Positions 32,114 to 44,844 of a stretch of DNA of 64,000 nucleotides are shown here, piece by piece. The position numbers and the translations under genes are program-made. Where the stretch lies: assembly GCA_026936335.1 (NCBI GenBank), contig JAPMXV010000063.1:62001-126000 (forward strand). Reading direction: 5' to 3'. The notes under the pieces are model-generated. The model was given only the letters and a program-made list of their open reading frames with translations, ran no database searches and had not been told where the DNA came from. This DNA comes from Mantamonas sphyraenae STR306 (Eukaryota > Protista > CRuMs). Every line of letters begins with the position of its first letter. The stretch's first letter is position 1.

Positions 32114-35100
32114 ATGGATAGCTTGTTGGCGATGGCCAAGTCGTCGTCCAAGGCGAAACTGATTGAGTTGGAGCCTGAAGAGACGTATGAAGCCGAGGTG
32201 AAGGAGGGCGCGTGGAATCTGTACGCCTTGCACGTGCGTGCGCCGGCAGACATCACCGTGTCCGTGCAACCGCTGGAAGGAGACCCCGACTTGTTTCTCA
32301 AATCGCCCAAGAACCAGTCGCCGATTGCATTGGACAATTACACGTGGAAGAGTGCCGGCGTGGGCGGCGACACCATCTCGGTGTTTTCCACCGACCGCGA
32401 CTTTATGCTCGGCACCTACGTGGTCGGCGTCTACGGCGAAACCGACGCCCAGTACACCATCCGCGTGGACATTGTGTCCGTGAACAAGCTCTACCGCAAC
32501 ATGGTCAAGCTCAGCAATGGCAGCCAGGTCGAGGGCAGCGTCCAACAACATTCCTGGTCCCTCTACACCCTCTACGTCAACATCCCCTCCGACATCACCG
32601 TCAGCGTCATGCCAGTCAAGGGTACGTTCTCCACTCCCCAAACAATTCCACACAACACCCCCCGCATATGCTTCTTCTCCCCATGCCCTCCCCCCCGTGT
32701 GTGCCCATGTTTCGCTGGCGTGGGACGAGTTTGCCCCAAAAAAAGCCTTGCAACCTGGCGAGCAAAAGATGAGCAAACGCCCAAGGAACAAACACGGCCC
32801 CAGACGCTGACACAGCAGTGGAATCACATGTGTATGCCTACTGACGCATGTACACAGGCGACCCGGACCTGTTTGTCAACTCGCCGCGCAACACAAAGGC
32901 GATTTCGTTGGACAACAACACGTGGAAGAGCGCGGCGTTGGGCTCGGACACCATCACCATCTTTGCCACGGACCGTGAATTCTGCCTGGGCACGTTTGTC
33001 ATTGGCGTGTACGGCCAAACCGAGGCCATTTTCATGATCAGCGCCTACGTGGTGCCCGTGACGGCACAGAAGAAGCAGGTGCCTCCCTTGTTTGAGTTGT
33101 GTGCAGAGTCCATCTGGGCCTGGGACAAGGTGCCCACAAGCTCCTTCAAGTCCCTGGAGCCCCAGGCTGTGTCACGTCTCTACGACTTTTACATCCACAG
33201 CCACAAGATGAACCTGTCCCTCTTCAAGGCCCTCAACGCCTCCAGCAATCTGCCCACCGTGACCCTGGACGGCCTGGAGATCGTCGATGACGAGTGGATC
33301 AAAGCCATGGCAGGCAACCAGACGTTGCAAAACATGAACCTTCGTGGCTTGGACGAACTCTCCTCCAAAGCCATGAAGGAGGTGGAAAAGTTCAGCACCC
33401 TGAATCTGGTCTCCATGGACCTCAGCAACACCCGTTCCGTCAGCGACCTGAGCCTCATTGCCGCCCTGGCCTCGTATCCGTACACACTCAAGTCGTTGAC
33501 GTTGGCCTCGTGCACCAAGCTGACCGGCAACGCCTTGCGCAAGGGGGTTGCCGAGTGCCAATCGCTCACCTCCCTGGACATTTCCAACATCCGCAACATC
33601 CAGGACGACGATCTCAAGGCCATTGGTTCCCTGGGCAATCTCACAAGCCTCAACATTGCACGCACGGGCTGTGGCGGCGAGGGCATCCTTGCCTTGAGCG
33701 GTCTGACCGGGTTGAAAGTCCTCGACACGCAGGGGTGCGTGTCGTCGTTTGTGTCGGACGTCATGAGCACCATTTGCACCTTTGACGCCCTGGAATCGTT
33801 GGGGCTGGCCAGTGCACGCATCAACGACGACCATCTGATGGGACTCATTGCCTTGCCCAACCTGGCACGGCTGGACCTCAGCGAAACCACCATTACCAAC
33901 GAGGCGATGAGTCTGATCAAGGAAATGCCGGCGCTGACGTATCTGAACCTGACGCGCACGCGTGTGAGCGACATCAATCCCATCGGGGCGTTGGGATCGT
34001 TGCAAACCCTGCTGCTGTCCAACACCAAGGTGGAGAGTGGCGGCGACGTCGACTGTCTCAAGGACATGCAATCGCTGACGGAACTGGATCTGTCGAATTG
34101 CGAAATCAAAGACAGCGTCATCTTCCGCCTGGAGGGCCTGCAGAATCTGCACAAGCTCAATGTGGCCAACAACCGCACCCTCAGTGACCGTGCCATGTTC
34201 ACCCTGGCCAAGGGGGTCCCTGTCCTCGCCTCGCTGGACATCCAAAACACAAATGTGACCAAGATGGGCCTGTCGTGGCTCAACTCGTTGGACAAGCTGA
34301 CGGAACTGAAGCTGAGTCACCAGAGCGGCGCCAAAGCAGGCGTGCCCGGCGAGGCACTCACGGCTGTGGCCCAACTCCACAGGCTCACCTCGTTGGAATT
34401 GCTGGACGGACGCATCAGCGACGACGACGTGATGGTGTTGTCGTCGCTGCAGTCGCTGAAGCACCTCAAGTTGGAACGGTCGCGCATCCAACACTCCACC
34501 GTGGCACAGCTGCGTGCCTCCATCGAAACCCTGACCGACTTTGAACTCGTGGGCCAATTGGCACAGACCGTGCGTCTGGTCTCGTCCACCATCCAGGCCT
34601 CGTCTGCCCTCAAGGCGATGAAGAAGAAGACCGACGAGAAGCGCAAGGCCGAAGACAAGAAGAAGGAGAAGGTGAGCATGAAGGACGTGGCATCAGCCAA
34701 GGTGGCCGCGTCCAAGTTGTCCAAACGAGGCAGTACAGGAGGAGGAAGCAGCAGCAGCAAGGCAAGCGGCTCGTCTTCATCGCCGTCGTCGCGTCGCTCG
34801 TCGTCGCCTGCCAGCACGAAATCCAGTGGCAGCAGTGGCAGTGGCAGTGGCAGCCGACGTGGCAGCTCACGAAGTATGGCCGCGGTTGTGACGGCCAAGG
34901 GGGCAGCCAAAAAGGTGAAGGAGGGGTCGAAACGCAAGGGAAGCACGTCGTCGACGGGCAGCGTCAAAAAGAGCAGCAGTGGCTCGAGTGGCAAGAAGAG
35001 CAGCAGTGGAAGCAGCAGCAAGAAGGGAAGCAGCAAAAAGAGCAGCAGCAGCGGTGGCAGTGCCAAGAAAAAGTCATCCACGTCGTCACGCAGCAGCAGC

Positions 35101-35526
35101 CGTGCCAGCCGCAGGAGCAGGACGTCCACCAACGATGATGACGACGAGGACGAACAGCAAAACGAAGACATGACCGAGGATGAGGAAGCAGCGGCAGCGG
35201 CGTTGCGCGAGGTGGAGGAGGAGGGTGAAGACACGGAAGGGGACGATACAGAAGGGGAGGACACAGAGGCAGACGATGAGGATGGCACAGATGCAGATGA
35301 AGGCGAAACGGGCACAGAAGACGAGGATGAGAGCAACCCATCGACACCCACGTCCATGTTCTCGCTGTCCACAGGCTTTGCCTCGTCGTCGGATCGGCTG
35401 CGCAGCTCACGCGATTCCATGTCCTCGCAGGGCTCCTCAGACTCGTTGATCAGCAAACCGGCGGCACCCAGTCTGCACAACACACCCAAAGAGAAGGACC
35501 GTTTCTCACGCTGGGGCAAGCGATGA
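32114..35526 (+). CDS. Protein with two PPC-like beta-sandwich repeats, a long leucine-rich-repeat array and S/K- and D/E-rich tail, 1 intron
   Basis: Two copies of WxLY...DITVSV.P..GDPDLF...SP.N...I.LDN.TWKSA..G.DTI..F.TDR.F.LGT.V.GVYG; more than 12 LxxLxLSxTxI repeats. Confidence 0.8.
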
Positions 35527-35541
35527 TGAGTGAATGAACCA

Positions 35542-35571
<30 letters not shown>
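35542..35571 (+). repeat. (ATG)n microsatellite between two tandem genes
   Basis: About 10 perfect ATG/GAT units. Confidence 0.85.
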
Positions 35572-35572
<1 letters not shown>

Positions 35573-35616
35573 GTGAGTGGGAGGAGGCACGCGACGCAAC
35601 ACACAACACTTCGGCC

Positions 35617-38600
35617 ATGTTTGCGGATCTGTTGGTGAGTGTGCAATGTTGTGCAAGAGCCAACAATGAACCACAGTGCTTTTCGCATGGGGCTAAGGAT
35701 GCCGTCGGAGATACTTGATGACTGACACTGTGTGTGCTGTGTGCGTGTGTGTGCAGACGCAATTTGACGAGGTGGCGTCTTACACAGAGACGCAGCTGGA
35801 GTACAGCAAGCAAGTGAGCGTGTTTGTGCGCAAACTTGCTCGTATAGAGCTGTTCTACGGACGCGAGCTGACGAAGCTGAGTGAACGCTTCGAGAAGAGC
35901 GAAAAGGAGGCGCAGCTGTGAGTGGGAGTGTGTCGGACGTTTTCGACGTTGCAAGCGTGGTGTGGCTGACACACAGGGCAATGGGCTTCCACACATGTGC
36001 CATATGGACGGCGTTGGTGCGTTGCTACACATGGATGGGATGTGGACGACATACGTGCTATTGCACAGCGCGGAGGAGTGCTCGTTTGTGGCTGGGTGGC
36101 TGGATTTGCTCGAGGCGGTGGCCGAAAGCGGCAGGGTGCACGAAAACACAGGCGCACAGCTGCAGGACGGAGTGGGTGCACAGCTGGAGTTGCTCAACAA
36201 GCGTGGCCATCAACAAGGCTACAAGGTAGGCGATGGAATGGGAGGGTGAATGAGTGTAGATGGCAGGCTGGAGCGAAAAAACCACCGCCGGCGACTGACA
36301 CACACACGTTTGCTCAGTACATCTCCGAGGGCAAGCAGCTCCTGGAACAACTGGAGGAGGAAAAGGCGCATGTGACGAGTTGCGAAAAGGCGTACTACCA
36401 ACAGCTGCGTAATGTGGAGGTGAGTGTGTGCGCAGCGATGGCGTGCGAGCGAGAAGAGGGGAAAGGGTGTGTGCAATCCGTTGCCACCATCCCAACACCG
36501 CCGCCCCCCCCTCACCCTCTTTCCCCCGTCCCACCCCTTTCCTCTTCACAGCGTCTGGGACAGCAATTGAAGGAGACCCTGGAGGAGAACGAGAAGCACC
36601 GTGCGGTGGTGGCACGTGCGGAGGAAGAGTCCAAGGCAAAACGAGCGGCGTACGAGGAGGCGTTGGCGGCGGCCAGCACGCTGCACGCACGCGTGTACGA
36701 CGAGACAAAGGGTCTGCCGTCGATTCTGGATACAATGCAGACATTGGTGGAAGGAAGTGGCCAGTTTATGCAACAGAAGCTGCAGGCGACGGAGGCGGCT
36801 GTGCGAGAGGGTCTGCAGGCACACACGGCGACGCTGGAACAGTGGATGAGTGCCACAGAACGCATGGACACGCAAGGCGACTCGGAAGCGCTGGTGGCAC
36901 GTGTGTTGCAGGCATCGGGTCGTGAGGCAGGGTATGTGCCGCCTGCGGCCGAGTTTCGTGCGTACGAAGCCTATGTGGCCGCTCGCAACGAGGCAGCACA
37001 GGAGGAGATGCAACAGGCGTGTGTGGAACTGGCAGCCAGTGTTCCCGAGAACCATCCCAAGATTGGCGAGCGTGTGGATGCGCCTGGACGCTCGCTGGTG
37101 CGCCGTGGGTTGGTGAACAAGGTGAATCGAGGCCGCGTGGGACGGCGTACCTTGTACCTGTTCAACGACGTCCTGGTCATTGCCAGTGCCGAGGGCCAGT
37201 ATCGCAACAGTGTGCGTGTGGAATTCCTTGCGGTGCCGGTGAGCGGGGAGGTGGGCGAGCGCGCACGCTACTTTGACGTGGTCGACGTCGACTCCATGCG
37301 TGAGTACACGTTTGTGGCCGACAGTGTGGCCGAGAAGCGCGCTTGGGTGGATGCCATGTCGCAGGCGGTCAACGACCTGTTGGTGGAGACGACGGTGGCG
37401 ACGGCGCTGGCAAACGCACGTCGCGTGCACGCAGGCGCTCAAGCAGTGGCACAGCTTCTGGACGAGCGTGCCACCTGGTTCAACTACCGAAGCATGGACG
37501 AGTACGAGTATGCACTGGACGATGAGGATCTGCGAGTGGCCGAGGAGTGGCGACGCAAGCAAGAGGGTGCGGACGACGACGACGAAGCCCCGCAGCAGGA
37601 CCAGCAGCAGACAGGGGACGTCGATGAGGTGCCCGTGGAGGATGACACCCCCGTGGCACACGAAGCCATTGTGCTTGCAGAGGATGAGGGTGTGGAGGAG
37701 CAGGAGGAGCAGGAGCAACAGGGTCAGGTGGAGGAACAGGAGGAGGAACAGGAACAGGAACGTGGTGAAGAAGGAGAAACCACAAGTGGGGCTGAGGATG
37801 AGCAAGGTGTGGCCAACAGCAACGAGGGTGAGGAGCAGGACCAGGAGCAGCCGCAGGATGAGGAGGATGCACAACCGGGTGAGGGTGAGGCAGAAGAGCC
37901 CGTGGCGGAGGAGGAGGACGACGACGACCGCAGGGTAGACACCAGCGAGGTGGACATGGAAGGAGCGGGTGTGTTTGACGAACCAGCAAGCGGTGGCAGC
38001 CACGACGACCGCGTGGAAGGCACGCGTCAAGGATTGGTGGAATTCACCCTGCAGAGTGTCACCACGGTGCCGCGACGTCCCAAGCGCCATGCACCTTACC
38101 CGCCGGACAACAGTGGAGTCAAGCCACTGGACCGCTATGCCTTTGCGTACAACTGGGCGCGTGCGGATGCCCTGCAGGTGCAAGCCAAGCAGCTGGACGC
38201 CATGGTTGCCGCATGCATCGAGGTGGTGGAAACACGTGTGGTGGATCAGCTGGCTGACAGGCAGCTGAACGAGCTGGAACAACGCACCTCGGAGTTGCAT
38301 CTCATCCTGCGCCAACTGTGGGCGTGCATCGAGGATGCGTTTGCCAAACTCGAGGTGGAAATGGGCAACAACGAACAGGACGTGGAGGATCTCATGGCCA
38401 GCCATCGTCTTGAAGTGGGTGATGCCCAAGGTGTACCCACGCTCGATCGTCTGCAAACCTACCTGGACGAACATCGCCAGGCTCGCAAGCAGCTCATGGC
38501 ACGTGCCGCAGAATTGCAGGAGGTGCGACGTGCCACACGCATCCGCACAGTCGCCAGCAAGGCGGTGGGGATGCAATCCAGGGACGAGACGGATGGAGGT

Positions 38601-39056
38601 GACGCACAGGAGGAGGAGGAGGAGGAAGAGGACGACGTGGACGTTGGCTTCAACAGCGACACCATCTTGGCCAGTGCAATGGCCACGTTGGCCACAGGCA
38701 TGGGGGGACCCATCACACAGCAGGAAGCCGACAGTGAGATTGAGGCGGAAATGGAAGCGGAACGGCTGCGTACGCTGGGCGACGACATTTACCTGCCGCC
38801 AGGGTACCGCAATCTGGAGGCAAGTGCACAGATCTACAGGCAGAGACTGTTGGATCTGCAGATTGGATTGGATCTGGAAACAGATAGTGATTTGAGTCTG
38901 TCGGGCCACGAGGGGGCACTCAGTGACGAGGATGACGAGTACGACGAGGACGGCGAGGAGCTTCCGGAGGATGACGAGGACGGCACACTCAAGGCACGCG
39001 AGGAGTTGCCCCAATCGTTCCAGCTGATGCTGCAGGCAGTGGGCAATGTGTTGTGA
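35617..39056 (+). CDS. F-BAR (FCH) plus PH domain protein with acidic and coiled-coil C-terminus, 4 introns
   Basis: MFADLL|TQFDEV...FVRKLARIELFYGRELTKL, SFVAGWLDLL...GRVHE (F-BAR); LVRRGLVNKV...LYLFNDVLVIA...FVADSVAEKRAWVDAM (PH). Confidence 0.75.
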
Positions 39057-39153
39057 TGGGTGTGAGGTGTGAGGTGGGTGAGTGGTTGGGGAGGGGACTC
39101 AAAAACAATGAAACCATTGCGCAGCAGCGCTGGGCAAACCACCGAAACTGCGA

Positions 39154-41089
39154 ATGAGCACCACCACGGGACAGAGCAGCCAACAGGGCAGCAAGGCAAA
39201 CAGCAACACGGACGAGGTGTTGGAACAGCTGATCACCAAGCTTGAGGAAGGTGCCAGCGACGACGTGCTCAACTCCCAGCAGCTGGCCACCGAGTTTGTT
39301 GCCACGCACCAAGCCGTCGTCGGTGCAATCATGTCCCTCCAGGCACGGGAATGCATTGTGTGCACCACCAAGAGTGCGTTCTTCCATGTCGCCTTTGCCA
39401 TGCCATCATCATCATCATCATCATCATCATTGCCATCCACCCACGCTTGCCTCGTTGTTTTCTCCGTCCGTTCCTGACTTGCGCGAGATCCGTTCCCCCC
39501 AATTGCCGGCTGGCTGACGCATGTTTGCAGAGGTGGGCGTCTGGTCCCTCACCGACGAGGGCGCAAGCTACCTCGAGACGGGCTCGCCCGAGTTTCAGGT
39601 GTACAACCATGTCGGTGCCGAGGGCTGCACAATGGATGACCTCAAGGTAAGCCAGGTGTGGGTGGCTTAGTGCGAGCGAGGGTGCAACATGCTCACCCGC
39701 GATGCGTTCCGCGTTTTCCTCCAGGCCCTGGGCAAGGTGGGCAAGATTGGCATGTCGCAGGCGATGTCACAAAAGATGATCCGCAAGGACAAGGAGTCGG
39801 GCAAACTGCTGCAGGTGGTAAGTGTGCCCACCACGGGGGAGTGGAGTGGCCTGTGCGCCATTCGCCGAAAACCCTCTGGGCGAAGGGGAACAACCCTGGG
39901 CGCAGCGGAGTACACAGGGTCGGCAGAAGGAACTGACACACACGAGGGGATGTGCATGGTGCCCTCATACACACGTGTACAGGAGAGCGGGTGCGAAGAC
40001 ACGACAGTGACGCAGCTGAAGGCGGTGGAGAGCGGGGAGGCGGATTCGCTGGGAGACAAGACGCTCAAACTGCTGAAGAAGCGCAAGATGGTTGCATTCC
40101 AGGAGTCCAAGTTCTTTGAAATTGCACGGGGATCGCGTTTCAACAAGATCCGCCAGACGGATTTGGCAGATTTGACGCAGGAGCAGCTGCAGAGCGGGGT
40201 GTGGAAGGACACGGACAACTACAAGAAGTACAACTTCAACGCCAAGGGGGAAAAGACTCAGGGGGGTTACTTGCACCCGCTGCTCAAGGTGCGTGCGGAG
40301 TACCGCAAGATTTTCCTGAACATGGGCTTTGAGGAGATGCCGACGAACAACTTTGTGGAGAGTTCGTTCTGGAACTTTGACGCGCTGTTCCAGCCGCAAC
40401 AGCACCCGGCACGCGATGCACACGACACCTTCTTTGTGTCGGACCCGGAAACGACGCAGGAAATCCCCGAGGATTATCTGGAGCGTGTCAAGGCGACGCA
40501 CGAGAGCGGCGGGTACGGCTCGATTGGCTGGCGGTACGACTGGAGCGAGCAGGTGAGCCGTACAAACATCCTCAGGACACACACGACGGCGGTGTCGTCG
40601 CGCATGCTGTATGCACTGGCACAGCAGGAGGAATTTACGCCGAAGAAGTACTTTAGCATCGACCGTGTGTTCCGCAACGAGGCCATGGACCAGACCCACC
40701 TGGCTGAGTTCCATCAGATCGAAGGGTTGATTGCAGACTACGATCTCACCCTGGCCGACCTCATTGGCGCCATCAACAACTTCTTCCAGTTTGTGGGCGT
40801 GCACAAGATCCGCTTCAAGCCCGCGTACAACCCGTACACCGAACCCAGCATGGAGATCTTTGGCTATCACGAGGAGCTTGGCAAGTGGGTGGAAATCGGC
40901 AACAGTGGCATGTTCCGTCCGGAGATGCTGCGTCCCATGGGCCTGCCCGAGAACGTCCGTGTCATCGCATGGGGTCTCTCCCTCGAGCGTCCCACCATGA
41001 TCAAGTACGAGATCAACAACATCCGCGACCTGTTTGGCCACAAGGTCAGCACCCAGTTCATCGAGGGCAACCCCATCTGCCGTCTGTGA
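39154..41089 (+). CDS. FARSA: Phenylalanyl-tRNA synthetase alpha subunit, cytosolic (3 introns)
   Basis: [91 protein letters not shown]. Confidence 0.97.
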
Positions 41090-41274
41090 GTGGAAGGAGA
41101 CGACGGAAGGAGACGACAATAGAGGGAATCACACATGTTTCAGGAACAACTGGTCCGTTGGGATTGACTGAATGGCGTGTGAGTTGCAGAGGCAGAGTGG
41201 GATGTCTCCACTGATGTTCCATGTTCCTCCCCTTCCGCAAGGGGAGCCACAATAACACACGCACACACACGTCC

Positions 41275-41862
41275 ATGATCCAATCCAACCACCTGTGCGT
41301 GGCATGTGTGCTGTTCATCCTGGGCATCCTGTCCATGGACATCAACTTTGACATGGTGGCGCTGGAAGACGCCGCAACCGCCGATCTGCAAGGAATCGCC
41401 TTTTACTACGCCAGAATGACCACAGAACGACCGGAAATCCTGACGTGGATTCCCATGATGGTTACCGGGACGCTACTCCTTCTTTTGTTTGCTCGCACGA
41501 TGTCCATGTGGAAAGTGCTGCGATCTTCCAAGCTGGAATTCCAAATCACCGACCTCAAGATGGCCCTGGGCTTGGAGGTCACTCTGGCCCAGCTTATCTA
41601 CCACAAGCTGAGCATCGACTGGTGGATGAAGCCAGCCGAGCGAGAGCTGGTGGCATTGATCCGGGAAGCCAGCAGTGTGGAAAAGGTGCGCTCTCAGGCG
41701 TTGGAAATCCTGCACAGCATCCTTTCCATGCACCTGTGGATGGTGGCTGGCCTTGTCGTTGTGGTGTTGTGCCAGATGGGTTCGGCCTACCTCACTGGCG
41801 GCAGTGCAGAGCTGCTGTGGTCGCAAGGCCCACGTCAGAGGGGCCGTTCCAAGCGCGACTAG
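41275..41862 (+). CDS. Four-TM membrane protein, possibly Shr3-like ER chaperone
   Basis: FILGILSMDINFD...FYY...P and C-terminal HLWMVAGLVVVVLCQMGSAY recall the Shr3 family; similarity judged by eye only. Confidence 0.5.
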   Translation: MIQSNHLCVACVLFILGILSMDINFDMVALEDAATADLQGIAFYYARMTTERPEILTWIPMMVTGTLLLLLFARTMSMWKVLRSSKLEFQITDLKMALGLEVTLAQLIYHKLSIDWWMKPAERELVALIREASSVEKVRSQALEILHSILSMHLWMVAGLVVVVLCQMGSAYLTGGSAELLWSQGPRQRGRSKRD

Positions 41863-42012
41863 GGCATGTGTGTGTGTGTGTGGATGGATGGATGTGTGGG
41901 TGTGGCGTGTGTGCGTGGGTGGGTTTTGGAATCCAATGCAGCAGCACGTTGGGAGAGAGCGATGAACTCCCGCAGCAGCAACCATCGAAAGCACCCTCTC
42001 TCTTCCTCCACC

Positions 42013-44789
42013 ATGTCGAATGCAGACAACCACGAGACGGGTGAAGATGGCACGACGACGTCCAAGAGCCAGAGTCCGTCGCTGTTTGCCAGCATGATGA
42101 AGCGCAGCGGCTCAGGATCGGAGCTGGACGGGGTTCAGCAGGGCGATTCGGGCGCTGGCACGAGCCATGCAGGACACGGAAGCGCGCTGCAGGAGGAGAT
42201 TGCAGAGGCACAGGAGAATGCAGCCACAAGCCACAAGATGGAGTTGCCCGAACGCAATCCTCATCAGCTGTCACGTAGCACCAGCACCAACAAGCGACGC
42301 GGTTCAGGCCCTTCAGCCTCGCAAGACTCGGCTGTCATCTCTGCCTCCCTCGCCGTCCCTGAATCCCTCTCCACAGCCAACAACGCCGCCTCTGGCAACA
42401 CACGTGCTTCCCTCGGCTCCTCCCGCGGCAACTCGCCGCCTCGCAACAGGCGATCCGGACGTATGTGATGTGCAACGTGCCAATCCCGAGGCGTTTTCAG
42501 CGCGGGTGCTTTGGGCGCGGAGAGGGGAAAAACTGGAAGAGCACACACACACACCCGTGCTTTTTGCCACACGCTCACACATACAGAGAAACGCACACAT
42601 GCACACACATTCAACACGCACACAGAAATCCAACCGCGCGGTCGCATGGGTTCCAACATGAACGTCAGCCTGCGCAAGCGCAGTGCACTGCGTCCAGTCA
42701 AGGTGAGCGCCAGTGGTTCATGGATTTCCTCACTTTTCGCTCCTTCCTCGCCCTTTTCGACGGCACACACACACATACACACTCACACACACTCTCTCTC
42801 TGTCATTGGCCAGGCGGAGAACCTGTATCTTCACGGAAACGACGGCACCTTGCCGTGGTGGGAACTGCTTGCGTTCAAGCAACCGACGACACCCGAAAAC
42901 AACTTTGCCACCATCCTCGTCGGCTCTCTGTTTCTGCCCTTGGGCATCTCCATTGTCGGATTGTATGTCACGCACGCCACATCCATGAGCACCACCACAC
43001 CACACATGCACGATGTGATGTTGTGATGATGACCACCGACCACTCACACACACGGAACCAACACCCCTCCCCGTACCATCTCAGGTTGGCCCTCATTCCT
43101 GCGGCCCTGCTGCTTGTAGGCATCATCATTGTGGCCTCGTTGTACCTGGGTCTGTTGGGTTGGATTGCGGTGCCTGTGTACGTGGTTGTGAAGGAGCCTG
43201 TGATCAACGACGGGTTCACAGGGGTGGTGCAGAAGGATCTGCTGCGCCGGCTGGTGAGCACCATCATGCGACCCACAGACATTCGCAACAAGGCGTTGGC
43301 ATGCCTGGTCAACCCCCTTCTCTCCTTGGTACTCACTGTGCTCACTGTCGTCTCTGTGTTGGTGATGGTTGCCCTGGTGCCGCTGTTTTTCCTGGGCTTT
43401 GCTGGCCCTTACATCAACCTGGTGCTGCTCATTGTCACGGGCAACGAGGTGCTGGCGTCGGCCAGTGCAGGTCTGCTTGGGGAAACCACACAGGTGGTGG
43501 GTCCCTTTGTCATCTACGTCATCTACATGGTGTTTGCCTGTGTGGTGGACCCGCTTGCCTCGCCCACCGTGAAAGACATCTTTGCCGGTCCGTTTCGCAA
43601 GTGCTGCGCAGGCGACATCGAAGCCAACCTGACCCAACTCTCCAACGAGGCCTACTTTGAGAACAACCGCACCCTGGAGAGCCTGCGTGAGCGTCTCAAC
43701 AGCCGCAAGGCCGCCGATCTCCTGTGGGTTGTCCATCCCAAGGCCAAGCGCGACCGCGAGGTCACCGGCGCAGAGTACCTCAACGAAGTGGGCGTCTTCT
43801 TGCAGGTGGACAAGTCCCACCTCAAGGCCATCAACAAGATGACGGGTCTGCTGGGCGGAGGCAACGCCGCCGACGGTCCCATCAACCTGGACATGATCAC
43901 AGAGAGTTCGCAGGTGTACCGTGGCCTGGACTACGACCGCGCAAGCTTTGCCATCGGCTGGAACACGCTGGGGTGGTTTGCGCTGGCCGCGCTGGCTGCG
44001 GTGCCGGTGATGGTGCAGGCTGTGGCAGGCACGCTGGTGTCCAACTTTGCCACGATGCTGCCTGTGACGGGCACGCCGCTGGTGGCCTCGTTTATCTACT
44101 ACTGCATGTCCATCCTCAGCTTGTTTTCGTACTTTATGCTCTTTGCCTTCCTGCTGGTGGACGCCATGGCCGACCTGGACATGTCACGCAAACAGGTGGG
44201 CAACGTGGAACGCACCATGACCCGTCGCAACTACCTCGACTTGCATGTGCCCCTGCTCACACGCACCAACGCCCACGTTTGGTTTCGCATCCGTGCCTTC
44301 CTGGAGCTCTACCTGCGCCACAAGCACAAGCGCGACCAGGTGACACTCAACAGTGCCGCCGCGGTGCTCTTTCTCCTCGGTGCCACCATGATCATCCGTC
44401 TGGTGGTGCAGGAGACCGGGGTCGACACCATGTTCTTCTTCACCCTCCTGGCCCTGATTGTCGTCTTTGTCGCCTTTGCCCACAGTGTCGACTCCATGTG
44501 TCGCATCAACAAGAGCTTTGCACGCCAGGACGCACACCTTCGCTCCGTTGTCTTTCACCTCGAGTCCACTCCCTTGGACGAACGCTACGACGAGAGCGAA
44601 CAGACCATGCAGGTGCTCCTCCAGGCAGCAAACTACTTCCAGGCACGTGTCAGCACCCTCTCCATCTTTGCCATGCCCGTCGACGGCACCTTCCGCGCAC
44701 GCATCTACGCCCTCTTCTTCTTTTCCGTCATGGCTGCCCTCGCCAAGCAGTTTGCTCTCGACAGCACTGCGGCAACAATCCTCGGGTAG
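42013..44789 (+). CDS. Multi-pass membrane protein with PHTF/7TMIC (gustatory-receptor-like) C-terminus (spliced)
   Basis: Many TM segments; TNAHVWFRIRAFL and terminal LQAANYFQARVSTLSIFAMPVDGTFRARIYALFF...KQF. Confidence 0.6.
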
Positions 44790-44844
44790 AGTGAAAGGTG
44801 TTTGTTTTCAATGTGACCATCATTCATCGTCATCATCATCATCA

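Noticed and set aside
36546-39014. Long antisense ORFs (822 aa here; also 34317-36200, 13611-15677, 62472-63923)
   Set aside because: They mirror well-supported genes; stop scarcity is expected from the high-GC codon bias.
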